Of a DNA stretch of 64,000 bases, positions 11,615 through 24,029 are shown piece after piece. Under the pieces are notes generated by a model that did not search any database, was not told the DNA's origin, and saw nothing but the letters and a program-made list of their open reading frames with translations. The translations under genes and the position numbers were made by a program. Every line of letters begins with the position of its first letter. Positions within the stretch are counted from its first letter, which is position 1. This DNA comes from Mobula hypostoma (Eukaryota), in NCBI RefSeq assembly GCF_963921235.1, contig NC_086108.1, positions 4,526,001 to 4,590,000 of the forward strand. The letters are read 5' to 3'.

Positions 11615-13440
11615 AATGAGGGAGGGGGTTACAGAGACAGGAAAGGGGGTTGGTGAGGGAGGGGTTACAGAGACAGGAAGGGTTGGTGAGGGAGGGGTTA
11701 CAGAGACAGGGAGGGGTGTAGGCGAGGGAGAGGTTACAGAGACAGGAAAGGGGGTTGGTGAGGGAGGGGTTACAGAGACAGGAAGGGTGTTGTTGAGGGA
11801 GGGGTTACAGAGACGGAGGGTGTTGGTGAGGGAGGGGTTACAGAAACAGGGAGGGTGTTGGTGAGGGAGGGGTTACAGAGACGGAGGGTGTTGGTGAGGG
11901 AGGGGTTACAGAGACAGGGAGGGCGTTGGTGAGGGGGGGTTACAGAGACAGGGAGGGTGTTGGTGAGGGCGGGGTTACAGAGACAGGAAAGGGGTTGGTG
12001 AGGGAGGGGTTACAGAGACAGGGAGGGGTGTAGGCGAGGGAGAGGTTACAGAGACAGGAAAGGGGGTTGGTGAGGGAGGGGTTACAGAGACAGGAAGGGT
12101 GTTGTTGAGGGAGGGGTTACAGAGACAGGGAGGGTGTTGGTGAGGGAGGGGTTGCAGAGACAGGGAGGGTGTTGGTGAGGGAGGGGTTACAGAGACAGGG
12201 AGGCTGTTGGTGAGGGAGGGGTTACAGAGACAGGAAAGGGGGTTGGTGAGGGAGGGGTTACACAGACAGGGAGGGTGTTGGTGAGGGAGGGGTTGCAGAG
12301 ACAGGGAGGGTGTTGGTGAGGGAGGGGTTACAGAGACAGGGAGGCTGTTGGTGAGGGAGGAGTTACAGAGACAGGGAGGGTGTTGGTGAGGGAGGGGTTA
12401 CAGAGACAGGGAGGCTGTTGGTGAGGGAGGGGTTACAGAGACAGGGAGGGTGTTGGTGAGGGAGGGGTTACAGAGACAGGGAGGGTGTTGGTGAGGGAGG
12501 GGTTACTGAGACAGGGAGGCTGTTGGTGAGGGAGGGGTTACAGAAACAGGGAGGGTGTTGGTGAGGGAGGGGTTACAGAGACAGGGAGGGTGTTGGTGAG
12601 GGAGGGGTTACAGAGACGGAGGGTGTTGGTGAGGGCGGGGTTACAGAGACAGGAAAGGGGTTGGTGAGGGAGGGGTTACAGAGACAGGGAGGGGTGTAGG
12701 CGAGGGAGAGGTTACGGAGACAGGAAAGGGGGTTGGTGAGGGAGGGGTTACAGAGACAGGAAGGGTGTTGTTGAGGGAGGGGTTACAGAGACAGGGAGGG
12801 TGTTGGTGAGGGAGGGGTTACAGAGACAGGGAGCGTGTAGGGGAGGGAGGGTGTTACAGAGACAGGAAGGGTGTTGTTGAGGGAGGGGTTACAGAGACAG
12901 GGAGGGTGTTGGTGAGGGAGGGGTTACAGAGACAGGGAGCGTGTAGGGGAGGGAGGGTGTTACAGAGACAGGGAGGGTGTTGGTGAGGGAGGGGTTACGG
13001 AGACAGGGAGGGTGTTGGTGAGGGAGGGGTTACAGAGTCGTGGAGTGGCACAGTGGAGGGAGGGTGTTTACAGAGACAGGATGGTGTAGGGGTCAGAAAG
13101 TTTTACTAAGACAGGGAGGGGTGTTATGGTGGGATTGGTTTGCAGAGACGGAGGGGTATAGGGGGAGGGAGGGGTTACAGAGACAGGGATGGTGTAGGGG
13201 GGTTACGGAGACAGGGAGGGTGTTGGTGAGGGAGGGGTTACAGAGACGGAGGGTGTGGGGGGGGGTTACAGAGACAGGGAGGGTGTTGGTGAGGGAGGGG
13301 TTACGGAGACAGGGAGGGTGTTGGTGAGGAAGGGGTTACAGAGGCAGGAAAGGGTGTTGGTGAGGGAGGGGTTACAGAGACAGGGAGGGTGTTGGTGAGG
13401 GAGGAGTTACAGAGACAGGGAGGGGTATAGGGGGAGGGAG
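11615..13440. repeat. G-rich ~35-bp minisatellite
   Basis: Unit gggagggtgttggtgagggaggggttacagagaca, about 50 copies. Confidence 0.93.
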
Positions 13441-13454
13441 TGGTGTTACTAGTT

Positions 13455-15180
13455 CAAAAGTTAGAAGTAAAGTTTATCAGGGTACATATATGTCACCATA
13501 TACAACCCTGAGATTCATTTTCCTGTGGGCATACTCAGTAAATCTACAGAATAGTAACTGTAACAGGATCAATGAAAGATCAACCAGAGTGCAGAAGACA
13601 ACAAATTGTGCAAATGCAAATATAAATAAACAGCAATAAACAACGAGAACATGAGATAAAGAGCCCTTGAAGTGAGATCACTGGTTGTGGAACTATCTCA
13701 ATGATGGGGAAGTGAGTGTAGTTATCCCCTTTTGTTCAAGAGCCTGATGGTTGAGGGGTGGGAACTGTTCCTGAACCTGGTGGTGCGAGTCCTGAGGCTC
13801 CTGTATGGCAGCAGCGAGACCTGGGTGGTGAGGATCTCTGATGATGGATGCTCCCTTTCCTACGACAGCGTTTCATGTAGATGTGTTCAGAGGTTGGGAG
13901 GGCTTTACCCATGGTGAACTGGGCTGTATCCACTACGTATTGTAGGATTTCCCATTCAAAGGCATTGGTGTTTTCATACCAGGTTGTGATGGTTATTTAC
14001 TCACTTTCTGCTTGTGACACCGCTGGTGTTTTTAGATTAGATTATGAGGACACGCAGTCCTCTTTTATTGTCATTTAGTAATGCATGCATTAAGAAATGA
14101 TACAATGTTCCTCCAGAATGATATCACAGAAACACAAGACAAATCAAGACTGAAAAACTGACAAAAATCACATAATTATAACATATAGTTACAACAATGC
14201 AAAGCAATACTATAACTTGATGAAGAACAGACCATGGGCACAGTAAAAAAAAGTCTCAAAGTCTTTCGAAAGTCCCATCATCTCACACAGATGGTTGAAG
14301 GGAGAAAAACTCTTCCTGCCATGAGCTTCCAGCGCCGCAAACTTGCTGATGCAGCATCCTGGAAGCACCCGACCACAGTCCGACTCCGAGTCATCCGAAA
14401 ACTTCGAGCCTTCGACCAGCCCACCGACACCGAGCACCGAGCACCATCTCTGCTGAGCACTTCGACCCCGGCCCTGGCAACGGGCAATAGGTAAAGTCAG
14501 GGATTTGGGGCCTTCCCCTCCGGAGATTCTCAATCGCACAGTAGCAGCAGCAGCGAAGCAGGCATTTCAGAAGTTTCTCCAGATGTTCATCTGTGCTCCT
14601 CACGTCTGTCTCCATCAAATCAGGATTGTGCATGGCCCCTATTTAACAAATACGATATCATTCGGAGTGACCGCGTGCATTGCATCACGCCGCCATCTTC
14701 TCCTCCCCTTCTCCTGGTGTTTAGGGCAGCAATGAAGGTCCTCCATCTCTGGTGGTGTTCAGGGCTTCCTTCATCATGTCAGTAGCTTCCTCTCGGTTTT
14801 CACTACTGTCAGTCACGCAATTTCTGGGTGGAGACTCAGGAATACCGTCACACTCAGATGTAGAAGGAGTCTTCATTGCTGTTTCTGTAACAACTTTGTT
14901 TGACCAGTCAGGGTTGTTAGCCCTGAGCTGAACCCCTGAACCTGGAGGACCGGTGGACCACACTTGGTCTGGCCTCTACCCTTTGACCTGTTTGGCATGG
15001 GTGACCCTACCAAGAGCCAATGCATAAAGCCCTGACTCCAGCCAACATAGTGCTCTGGGTCATTGAGGCTGCAAGCCTCCAAACCCTACAACAGGTTGTG
15101 GTCGTCATGGAGGTAGGCTGTGATGTAGCAATCAATACACTCTCCACTACACAACTATAGAAGTTTGTCAAAGTTTCGCA
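13455..15180 (-). mobile_element. Rex1/Babar-type fragment hosting a nested RTE-type element (13992-15114), which hosts a third element (14032-14713)
   Basis: TSDs aggYtgtgatg (13981-13991 / 15115-15125) and ctggtgttt (14023-14031 / 14714-14722). Confidence 0.8.
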
Positions 15181-15624
15181 AAGGATTGCAGACAAACAAA
15201 AGATCATGGGTTCATTGTCTGTCCAGAAATCTGTAGGCACAGGGGAAGAAGCTGTTCCTAAAATGTTGAGGGGGTGTCTTCAGGGTCCCGGACCTCCTCT
15301 CTGATGGCGCCATGATAGCATAACCAGTAGTGTAACGCGATTACAGCTCAAGCCGTCCCGGAGTTTGTACTTCATTTCTGGCGCCGATCTGCAGGTCCTC
15401 CCCATGGAACGCGTGGATCTCCTCTGGGTCCTGTGTTTTCTCATACTAGTTAGGTTAATAGGCCATTGCAAATTGTGCCATGATTGGGTTAGGGCTAAGC
15501 GGATTTGTCGGGGTTGGCATGACTCGAAAGATCTACCCTGCCCTGTATTGGTAAATAAGTAAATTAATAACGAGAGGAGGCTATGTTCTGGGTGCTAGGA
15601 GTCCTTAATGATGGATGGGTGTTG

Positions 15625-16000
15625 GGATGGAGATACATCTCCACCAAAGGAGGTGTAAGGCGCTCCTTCCCTCCACTAGCCTGCAGGTCACCCTTGGGCA
15701 AGGTGTAGCACCTGCTTAGCCCCCTGATCAGGGTCATGTGAAGCCATGGGATCAGGTGGTGGATGGTCGTATGAGCAGCCGGTGTGTATCACAAATCCTG
15801 GTTATGTGACCTCTGACACCAGGCAGACAATCTCTGAAGAGTATTGATAATGGCTGGAGTCACCCGTCTTGAAAAGACACTGCCCAGAAGAAGATAATGG
15901 CAAACCACTTCTGTAGAAAAATTTCCCAAGAACAATCATGGTTAAAGATCACAATTGCCCACGTCATACAGCACGGCACATAATGAAGATGATGATGGCA
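15625..16000 (+). mobile_element. RTE-type SINE (family B); second copy at about 19085-19480
   Basis: The two copies align. They carry ggcaaaccacttctgtagaaaaa (RTE-like block) and a ...cacggcacataa(tga)n tail. Confidence 0.65.
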
Positions 16001-16218
16001 TTGAGACATACACTGAAATGGGCTGTTTGTGCTTACATTCAACATAACTCAAAGACGTGTTGGGGGGAGGGGCGGTGGCAGCCTGCTGGTGTCACCACAC
16101 GTTCTCATGTCAAGAACCTACCGAAGATACAAATCCTATCCAAGAGCCGAGCAATCAAAGTGCAATGAATTAAATAAATCTGGGGACAGCGTTAGTGTCA
16201 GGAATGGTGAGCAGATAA

Positions 16219-17345
16219 CACTGGACAACAAAGGTTTTGCTTCCTGAATACTTCTGGGTGTACCTTGTGGATATTGAGCTGCTGATCATGAAAATCACCA
16301 TGTAAATTCCTCATCATACACCATTTTTGAATTCACTTATATTAGTGATTTCAATTCATAATTCAAGTCAGAGAACTGATGCCAAGATTAAGGGGGCATT
16401 TTTGTTGGTCCACAAATCAAACAGGTCGCCAGCGACAGGCAATTTGAAGAACTTCTAGTGGGACTGGAGAAAATCACATGGAAGGCATTCAAGGATGCTG
16501 TTGAAAGTTTTCTCGGCAACTACAGAGCACCAAACTACATGCAGCTGGTTGACAACAAGCTTCAAGCATACAAAACCATGAAATGAAACATGTCACTAAA
16601 TATTTTTTTGATTATGATAGACTCTTGAAGCTGAACACAAATATAATTACAGACTACTCATACTACGTAGGAATTTGAGGAAACAGAAAACTTTCATTGA
16701 ATATATTATGTTTAATTGCATAATAGTGCTGACACTGCAATAGTTCAACTAAGCTAAAAATATTGTGTTGATAATTTTCATTTGTACTCAGTGTCTGAGG
16801 CTTCTCACTTAAGTGTCCAACAATAATCAGCCAGCATTGATGGATTCCAGTTGCCCTGATACTGTTTCTCCATGACCTCAATGTCCTGGTGAAACCTTTC
16901 ACCATGCCCGTCACTAACAGCACCAAGATTTGCAGGGAAGAAGTCTAAATGGGAATGCAGAAAATGAATCTTTAGTGATATGTTGCACATCATGGTTTTG
17001 TATGCTTGAAGCATGTTGTCAACTAGCTGCATGTAGTTTGGTGCTCTGTAGTTGCCAAGAAAACTTTCAACAACATCCTTGAATACCTTCCATCTGATTT
17101 TCTCCGGTCCTACTAGTAGTTCTTCAAATTGCCTGTGGTTGATGATCTGTTTCATTTGTGAACCAACAAAAGTGCCTTCCTTGGCATCCTTTATTCTGAC
17201 TTGAATTATGAATTAAAATAACAAATATAAGTGATTTCAAAATAATGATGTGTGATAGGGAAATGTCATGATGATTTTCATGATCAGCAGCCCAAAGTCC
17301 AAAAGGTACATCCAGAGGTATTAGGAAACAAAATGTTGTCCAGCG
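16219..17345. mobile_element. DNA transposon remnant, probably Chapaev3 (CMC), arranged as a foldback
   Basis: Termini CACTGGACAAC / GTTGTCCAGCG with flanks taa / tga. ORF 16805-17155 reads KIHFLHSHLDFFPANLGAVSDGHGERFHQDI...MLADYCWTL. The family assignment is from recall of this motif. Confidence 0.6.
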
Positions 17346-17407
17346 TGATATTCTTTGTGTCAATGACCATTACAGGGCACTCTTCTGTCTCTCTCCCCAC
17401 CCCCCAG

Positions 17408-17520
17408 GTCACCCCTCGTGCCTGCAGTTCACGGTCAACATGACGGCGGCGGTGAGGACCTATCGCTGGCAATGCATCGAATGCAAGTCCTGCAGCCTCT
17501 GTGGCACCTCAGAGAACGAC
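17408..17520 (+). CDS. DPF1: DPF1 coding exon ([38 protein letters not shown])
   Basis: Translation matches the DPF1 PHD1/PHD2 junction as recalled. Pyrimidine tract plus cag| acceptor, |gtaagt donor; 113 nt, in frame with the previous exon. Confidence 0.96.
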
Positions 17521-17809
17521 GTAAGTCATGCCACAATGGGTGCCAGGTCCAGCACCTGCGGGTGAGAAGGCTGCTGGCTCGGTGGGGCCAGCGGGGTGCG
17601 AGGGGGGCGGTTGTCCTAACTTACGTCACTCCTGTTTGACCGATAGAGTCCTATCTGAAACACAGCCACCCCTTATCCTGACTTTTACCATGCCCGATGC
17701 TCCTCACACTCCTCTGCTGACTGGCCCAAACCGTTTCCCAGTTCAAAGTTCAAGGTGCGTGCAGGGATGGGGTTTAAGGAAGGGGGAGCAGGGTTCTGGG
17801 ACAGCAGTC

Positions 17810-18040
17810 AGCAACTCAATGGTAAAGAGAGAAAGGGGAGGGGAGGGAGAAATTGCCAGAAGTTAGAGAAATTGATGCTGCTACTGTCAGGAGACGGAAT
17901 ATGAGGTGTTGCTCCTCCAACCTGATAATGGCCTCATCATGATTGTAGAGAAGGCCACGGACCAACATGTCAGAATGGGAATGGGGAGTTGAATTGAAAT
18001 GGTGGCCACTGGAAAATCCTGACTTTTGTAGGAGACGGAA
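17810..18040 (-). mobile_element. Penelope-like element, GIY-YIG C-terminal remnant
   Basis: HFNSTPHSHSDM...RLEEQHLIFRL in ORF 17816-18079. Confidence 0.75.
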
Positions 18041-18199
18041 CAAAGATCTCTTCCTCATCAGAATCCTGATCTTCTCCACTGTAACCTCCTGCTGCCCTGA
18101 ATCCTCTCCATTCTCTGTGCTCCTTCATTTCTTGTTGGTATATCATCTGTACACTTAATTGCTCCACCATTAGTAGAGTCTTCAGCTGTTGGGCTCCTG

Positions 18200-19045
18200 A
18201 GCTTCCTTCCCTCCTCCTCCTTGCCTCCTCCCTTCCCTCCTCCTCCTCACCTCCTCCCTTCCCTCGTCCTCCTCGCCTCCTCCCTTCCCTCCTCCTCCTC
18301 GCCTCCTCCCTTCCCTCCTCCTCCTCGCCTCCTCCCTTCCCTCGTCCTCCTCGCCTCCTCCCTTCCCTCCTCCTCCTCGCCTCCTCCCTTCCCTCATCCT
18401 CCTCGCCTCCTCCCTTCCCTCCTCCTCCTCGCCTCCTCCCTTCCCTCGTCCTCCTCGCCTCCTCCCTTCCCTCCTCTTCCTCGCCTCCTCCCTTCCCTCC
18501 TCCTCCTCGCCTCCTCCCTTCCCTCCTCGCCTCCTCCCTTCCCTCCTCGCCTCCTCCCTTCCCTCATCCTCCTCGCCTCCTCCCTTCCCTCCTCCTCCTC
18601 ACCTCCTCCCTTCCCTCGTCCTCCTCGCCTCCTCCCTTCCCTCCTCCTCCTCGCCTCCTCCCTTCCCTCGTCCTCCTCGCCTCCTCCCTTCCCTCGTCCT
18701 CCTCGCCTCCTCCCTTCCCTCCTCCTCCCTTCCCTCGTCCTCCTCGCCTCCTCCCTTCCCTCCTCCTCCTCGCCTCCTCCCTTCCCTCGTCCTCCTCGCC
18801 TCCTCCCTTCCCTCATCCTCCTCGCCTCCTCCCTTCCCTCCTCCTCCTCCCTACCCTCCTCCTCCTCGCCTCCTCCCTTCCCTCGTCCTCCTCGCCTCCT
18901 CCCTTCCCTCCTCCTCCTCACCTCCTCCCTTCCCTCGTCCTCCTCCCCTCCTCCCTTCCCTCGTCCTCCTCGCCTCCTCCCTTCCCTCCTCCTCCTCGCC
19001 TCCTCCCTTCCCTCGTCCTCCTCGCCTCCTCCCTTCCCTCGTCCA
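18200..19045. repeat. Polypyrimidine ~26-bp minisatellite
   Basis: Unit cctcctcctcgcctcctcccttccct, about 30 copies. Confidence 0.93.
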
Positions 19046-19479
19046 CCTTGCCTTCAAGGGGCTGCTTAATCGCATATGACGGGGTGGAGATACGTCTCTA
19101 CCAAAGGAGGTGTAAGGTGCTCCTTCCCTCCACTACCCTACTGGTCACCTTTGGGCAGGGTGTAAGATGTAGCACCTGTTTAGAACCCCCCCCCCCCCCC
19201 GCCGATCAGTGTCACGTGAAGCCGTGGAACAGGTGGTGGATGGTCGTATGAGCAGCCAGTGCAGATCACAAGTCCTGGTTATGCGATCACTGACCCCAGG
19301 CAGACAATTTCTAAAGAGTATTGATCATGGCTGGGGTCACCTGTCTTGTAAAGACACTGCCCAGAAGAAGGCAATGGCAAACCACTTGTGTAGAAAAAAT
19401 TGCCAAGAACAATCATGATCATGGAAAGACCCTGATCACCCATGTCATATGACGCAGCACATAATGATGGTGACGATGA

Positions 19480-19895
19480 TATGAGGAGAGATTGAGAGAG
19501 CTAGGGCTTTTCTCTTCGGAGTGAAGGAAGATGAGAGATGACAATAGAGGTGTACAAGATGATAAAAGGCATAGATCAAGTGGACAGCCAGAGACTTTTT
19601 CCCAGGGTGGCAATGGCTAATACGAGGAGGCATAACTTCAAGGTGATTGGGGGAAAGTACAAAGGTGGTTTTTCTTACACAGAGGTGGTGGGTGTGTGGA
19701 GACCATCGTATGGTGTGGTGGTAGATGCAGATACATCAGGGACATTTAAGACATTCTTAGACGAATGGATGATAGGAAAATGGAGGGCTATGTGGGAGGA
19801 AAGGGTTAAATTGATTTTGGAGTAGGTTAAAACATCAGCACAATATTATGGGCTGAAGGGCTGTATTGTGCTGTAGTGTTCTATGTTCTGTGTTC
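19480..19895 (+). mobile_element. CR1 3' fragment
   Basis: IEVYKMIKGIDQVDSQRLFPRVAMANTRRHNFKV, then a ttctatgttct tail. Confidence 0.85.
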
Positions 19896-20284
19896 TTAAA
19901 ACCTTTCCCTTTAACCAAGCTCTTCATCTCCTGCCTTCTGTGAGGCTAACAGATTTGTGAAACACCCTTGGCAATTTTATTTTCTCACGTCAGAGGTGCT
20001 ACATAAATGGAATTTGCAGTTGTTGTTCCAGACTGAACAGTTTGTCTTCTGACAGGAAGGCTGAGAATGTTGGTACCTGAGGTGAGATTGGAGTGTGCAG
20101 TGCAGTCATCGGCAGCTATTACATTGCTGGTTACACAGCCAATAAGTACTTTGCTTCACACGGAGGTTGGCAGGAATGTGGAACATCACCTGTCAGGAAC
20201 AGCATAAAGGCGCTGATTGCCATAGAAACATTAAAACAGGCACTTTTTAAAGTTGCAGAACCACCATGGGTAGACAGATAGAAC

Positions 20285-20990
20285 AGAACAGAACAGAACT
20301 TTCTTGTCATTGCTCAAGACAACGAGGGTGTGGTGCTACTCCAGTCTGTGCAGAACAGATATTTACAATCCATGCAGTACAGCTTAATTAAAAAATTCCC
20401 ATATTTACATGCAACAAGTGACTTTGATAGTCCATAACACTCAAAGGGGATTGGCAAGCCGGAGTGTAGCATTATTCAACACACAACAGCCTTGGGGAAG
20501 AAGTTGTATTTCAGTCTTACTGTCTTGACTATGGTGTTTCTGTATCTCCTACCAGATGGCAGGAGATTGGACGGACAATGTCTGGGTTGGAATGGGATGG
20601 GTCTTTAGTGATGTTATGAGCCGCAATAGGCATCGAGAGATGTAGATCAGCTCCAAGTCCAGTAGTTGAGTCCCAGTGGAGTGCTGAGCCGTCCTGATCA
20701 CCCATTGGAATGCTTTGTGATCTGTCTTGCTGCAGCTAGAGTCCCACCCTGACATTCCATATGTCAGTATGCTCTCTGTCGCACGTCGATCAAAGTTGGC
20801 CTGAGATTTTTGGGGCAGATTAGCTCCCATTGGACACCTCAGGTACTTTGGTCGCTGTTGTGTCTTCCCTACTGTCGAGGTTGTGTTGATGGTCCAAGAG
20901 AGCTCCTTGGTGATGTTCATCCCCAAGAGCCTTTCCAATTCAATACTCTCTGTGGCCTGCTCCCTGTTGCCTTGATTCAGCCTGTATCCG
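20285..20990 (-). mobile_element. Rex1/Babar-type LINE 3' fragment (different subfamily)
   Basis: LGMNITKELSWTINT...KTQQR...ESILTYG in ORF 20549-21010; (gttct)n tail. Confidence 0.75.
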
Positions 20991-21569
20991 ACCTTTCCAA
21001 TTTGATACACTCCATAGCTTGGACCCTGCTGCCTCGATTTGGCCTGTACCCGACCTTTCCAATTTGTCCTGGCGTTTAAATCGATAAAACCTCAGGTCTT
21101 CCTTGCTCTCAGCAGCAGGCCCACTGTCTCACCTCACCTCACCTCAGTTCTACACATCGAATTCCCTCCAAAGGGAAGTTACAGACTATTCCTTGTGATG
21201 GTCATTTACCAGAAAGAAAATGATCGACAAAGTGTTTAGTTGTTTTCATTGGCCACCAGCCAGAAGCTGCTGAGATTCACCAGCACCATCTTAAACCAGA
21301 ACGAGTGAGTCAATGAGTCAGACAGCATGGAAACAGGCCCTCAGCCCAAATGGTCCATGCCGACCAAAATTCCAGTTGGGTTGGTCCCATTTACCCACTT
21401 TTGGCTCAACCCTCTCCAGGAGTTCCCCACCTGGGGTGCATGGCCCCGTTGGTTAATGTTAGGGGTTTATGGCGTAAAAAAGGTTGGGAACACCTGCTCT
21501 GAACCTTTCTGATCCTTGTACCTTTCCAAATGTCTTTCATATGTTAATATACCTGCCCCAACAGCTTCA

Positions 21570-21970
21570 CCTGACATCTCCATCGACACACAGACTGACC
21601 CCTGACATCTCCACCCACACACAGACTGACCCCTGACATCTCCATCCACACACGGACTGACCCCTGACATCTCCATCCACACACGGACTGACCCCTGACA
21701 TCTCCACCCACACACGGACTGACCCCTGACATCTCCATCCACACACGGACTGACCCCTGACATCTCCACCCACACACGGACTGACCCCTGACATCTCCAC
21801 CCACACACAGACTGACCCCTGACATCTCCACCCACACACGGACTGACCCCTGACATCTCCACCCACACACGGACTGACCCCTGACATCTCCATCCACACA
21901 CGGACTGACCCCTGACATCTCCACCCACACACGGACTGACCCCTGACATCTCCATCCACACACGGACTGC
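21570..21970. repeat. 32-bp minisatellite, about 12 copies
   Basis: Unit ctgacatctccatccacacacggactgacccc. Confidence 0.95.
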
Positions 21971-21984
21971 CCCCAGGAATGAAA

Positions 21985-22385
21985 TTAAATATGTAGTGTA
22001 AAAACAGAAATAAAAAAGTAGTGAGGTAGTGTCCAAGGGTTCAATGTCCATTCAGAAATCGGATGGCAGAGGGGAAGAAGCTGTTCCTGAGTCATTGAGT
22101 GTGTCTTCAGGCTCCTGTACCTCCTCCCTGATGGTAGCGATGAGAAGAGGGCATGACCTGGGTTATGTGGGTCTTTCATGATGGATGCTGCCTTTTGAGG
22201 CATTGCTCCATGAAGATGTCCTGGATTCTAGTGCTGACTGAGTTTACAACTTTCTGCAGCTTATTTTGATGCTGTGCAGTGCCTCCCCCATACCACTCAA
22301 TCAGATTGCTGCCCACAGTACATCTGTAGAAATTGACGAGCGTCTTTGGTGACAAACAGAATCCCCTCAAAATCCTAATGTTGTT
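21985..22385 (-). mobile_element. Rex1/Babar-type 3' fragment
   Basis: KAASIMKDPHNPGHALFSSLPSGRRYRSLK. Confidence 0.8.
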
Positions 22386-22511
22386 GGCGAGACCAGTGTG
22401 AGCAGTAAAGACGCAGTTTGTAGGCCGTGCTCACTGCTGCCCATGGTGAAGGAAGTGTCTCTGGGTCACACAAGGGCCTGGTGTAAATTGTTTTTACCAT
22501 TTTCCTCCTGA

Positions 22512-23260
<749 letters not shown>

Positions 23261-23811
23261 AACATAGAACAGGAACACGCTCTCTGGTCTACGGTGTTGT
23301 GCCAAACCTATCAAATTAGTAATCAGATGGCCAACTAAACTAATCCCTTCTGCCTTCACAATGTCCCTATCCCTCTACTTCCCTCACATTCACGTGCCTA
23401 TCTAAATGTCTAGTGGAAAATACGGCAGGAGGAGGGGCAGGTAGTGTTGAGGAAACAGAGAGGCTGCAGTAGGATGAAGATTAGGAGAATAGGCAACAAA
23501 ATGGCAGATGGAATACAGTGTCAGGAAGTGTGTGGTCATGCACTTTGAGAAATGAAAGTGTAGACTACTTTCTCAATGAAAGAAATTTCAAAATTCCGAG
23601 GTGCAAAGGGACTTGGGAGGATTCCCTAGAGACTGGAGCTGAGAGGAAAAGTGGATCAGCCATGGTGAAATGGCAGGGGAGACTCGATGGGCCAAATGGC
23701 CTAATTCTGCTCCTGTATCTTATGAGTCCGTAATGTACTGCCACTAGCAGCACTCCAGGCAGTGCATTCCAAGCACCCACTCTCTTAATGAAAGCAGGGT
23801 AGTAGAAAAAC

Positions 23812-24029
23812 AAGCAACACACATCAAAGTTGCTGGTGAACGCAGCAGGCCAGGCAGTAAGAGATCTCTTACTAACTCTTCCTTCAGTTAGTCCTGATGA
23901 GGGGTCTCAGCCCGAAACGTCGACTGTACCTCTTCCTAGAGATGCTGCCTGGCCGGCTGCGTTCACCAGCAACTTTGATGTGTGTTGCTTGAATTTCCAG
24001 CATCTGCAGAATTCCTCGTGTTTACGTCA
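23812..24029 (+). mobile_element. Penelope-type mini-element with inverted arms and a 9-bp TSD
   Basis: TSD TAGAAAAAC at 23803-23811 and 24030-24038; 47-bp inverted repeat 23811-23857 / 23945-23991 with one mismatch. Confidence 0.85.
23890..23925 (+). ncRNA. Minimal type I hammerhead ribozyme motif (Penelope-associated class)
   Basis: AGTC-CTGATGA-GGGGTCTCAGCCC-GAAA-CGTC|GACT: intact CUGAUGA and GAAA cores, stem I AGUC/GACU, stem II GGG/CCC, palindromic ACGU in place of stem III, GUC cleavage triplet. Confidence 0.75.

Noticed and set aside
6514..17407. A DPF3a-like alternative terminal exon after the first PHD half
   Set aside because: No acceptor plus acidic ORF resembling the DPF3a tail was found in the unique stretches.
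18221..19069. 282-aa Pro/Ser-rich ORF, and similar ORFs over the TG/CA and 32-, 44- and 95-bp arrays
   Set aside because: Open frames are a by-product of low-complexity or tandem repeats; there is no splice or homology support.
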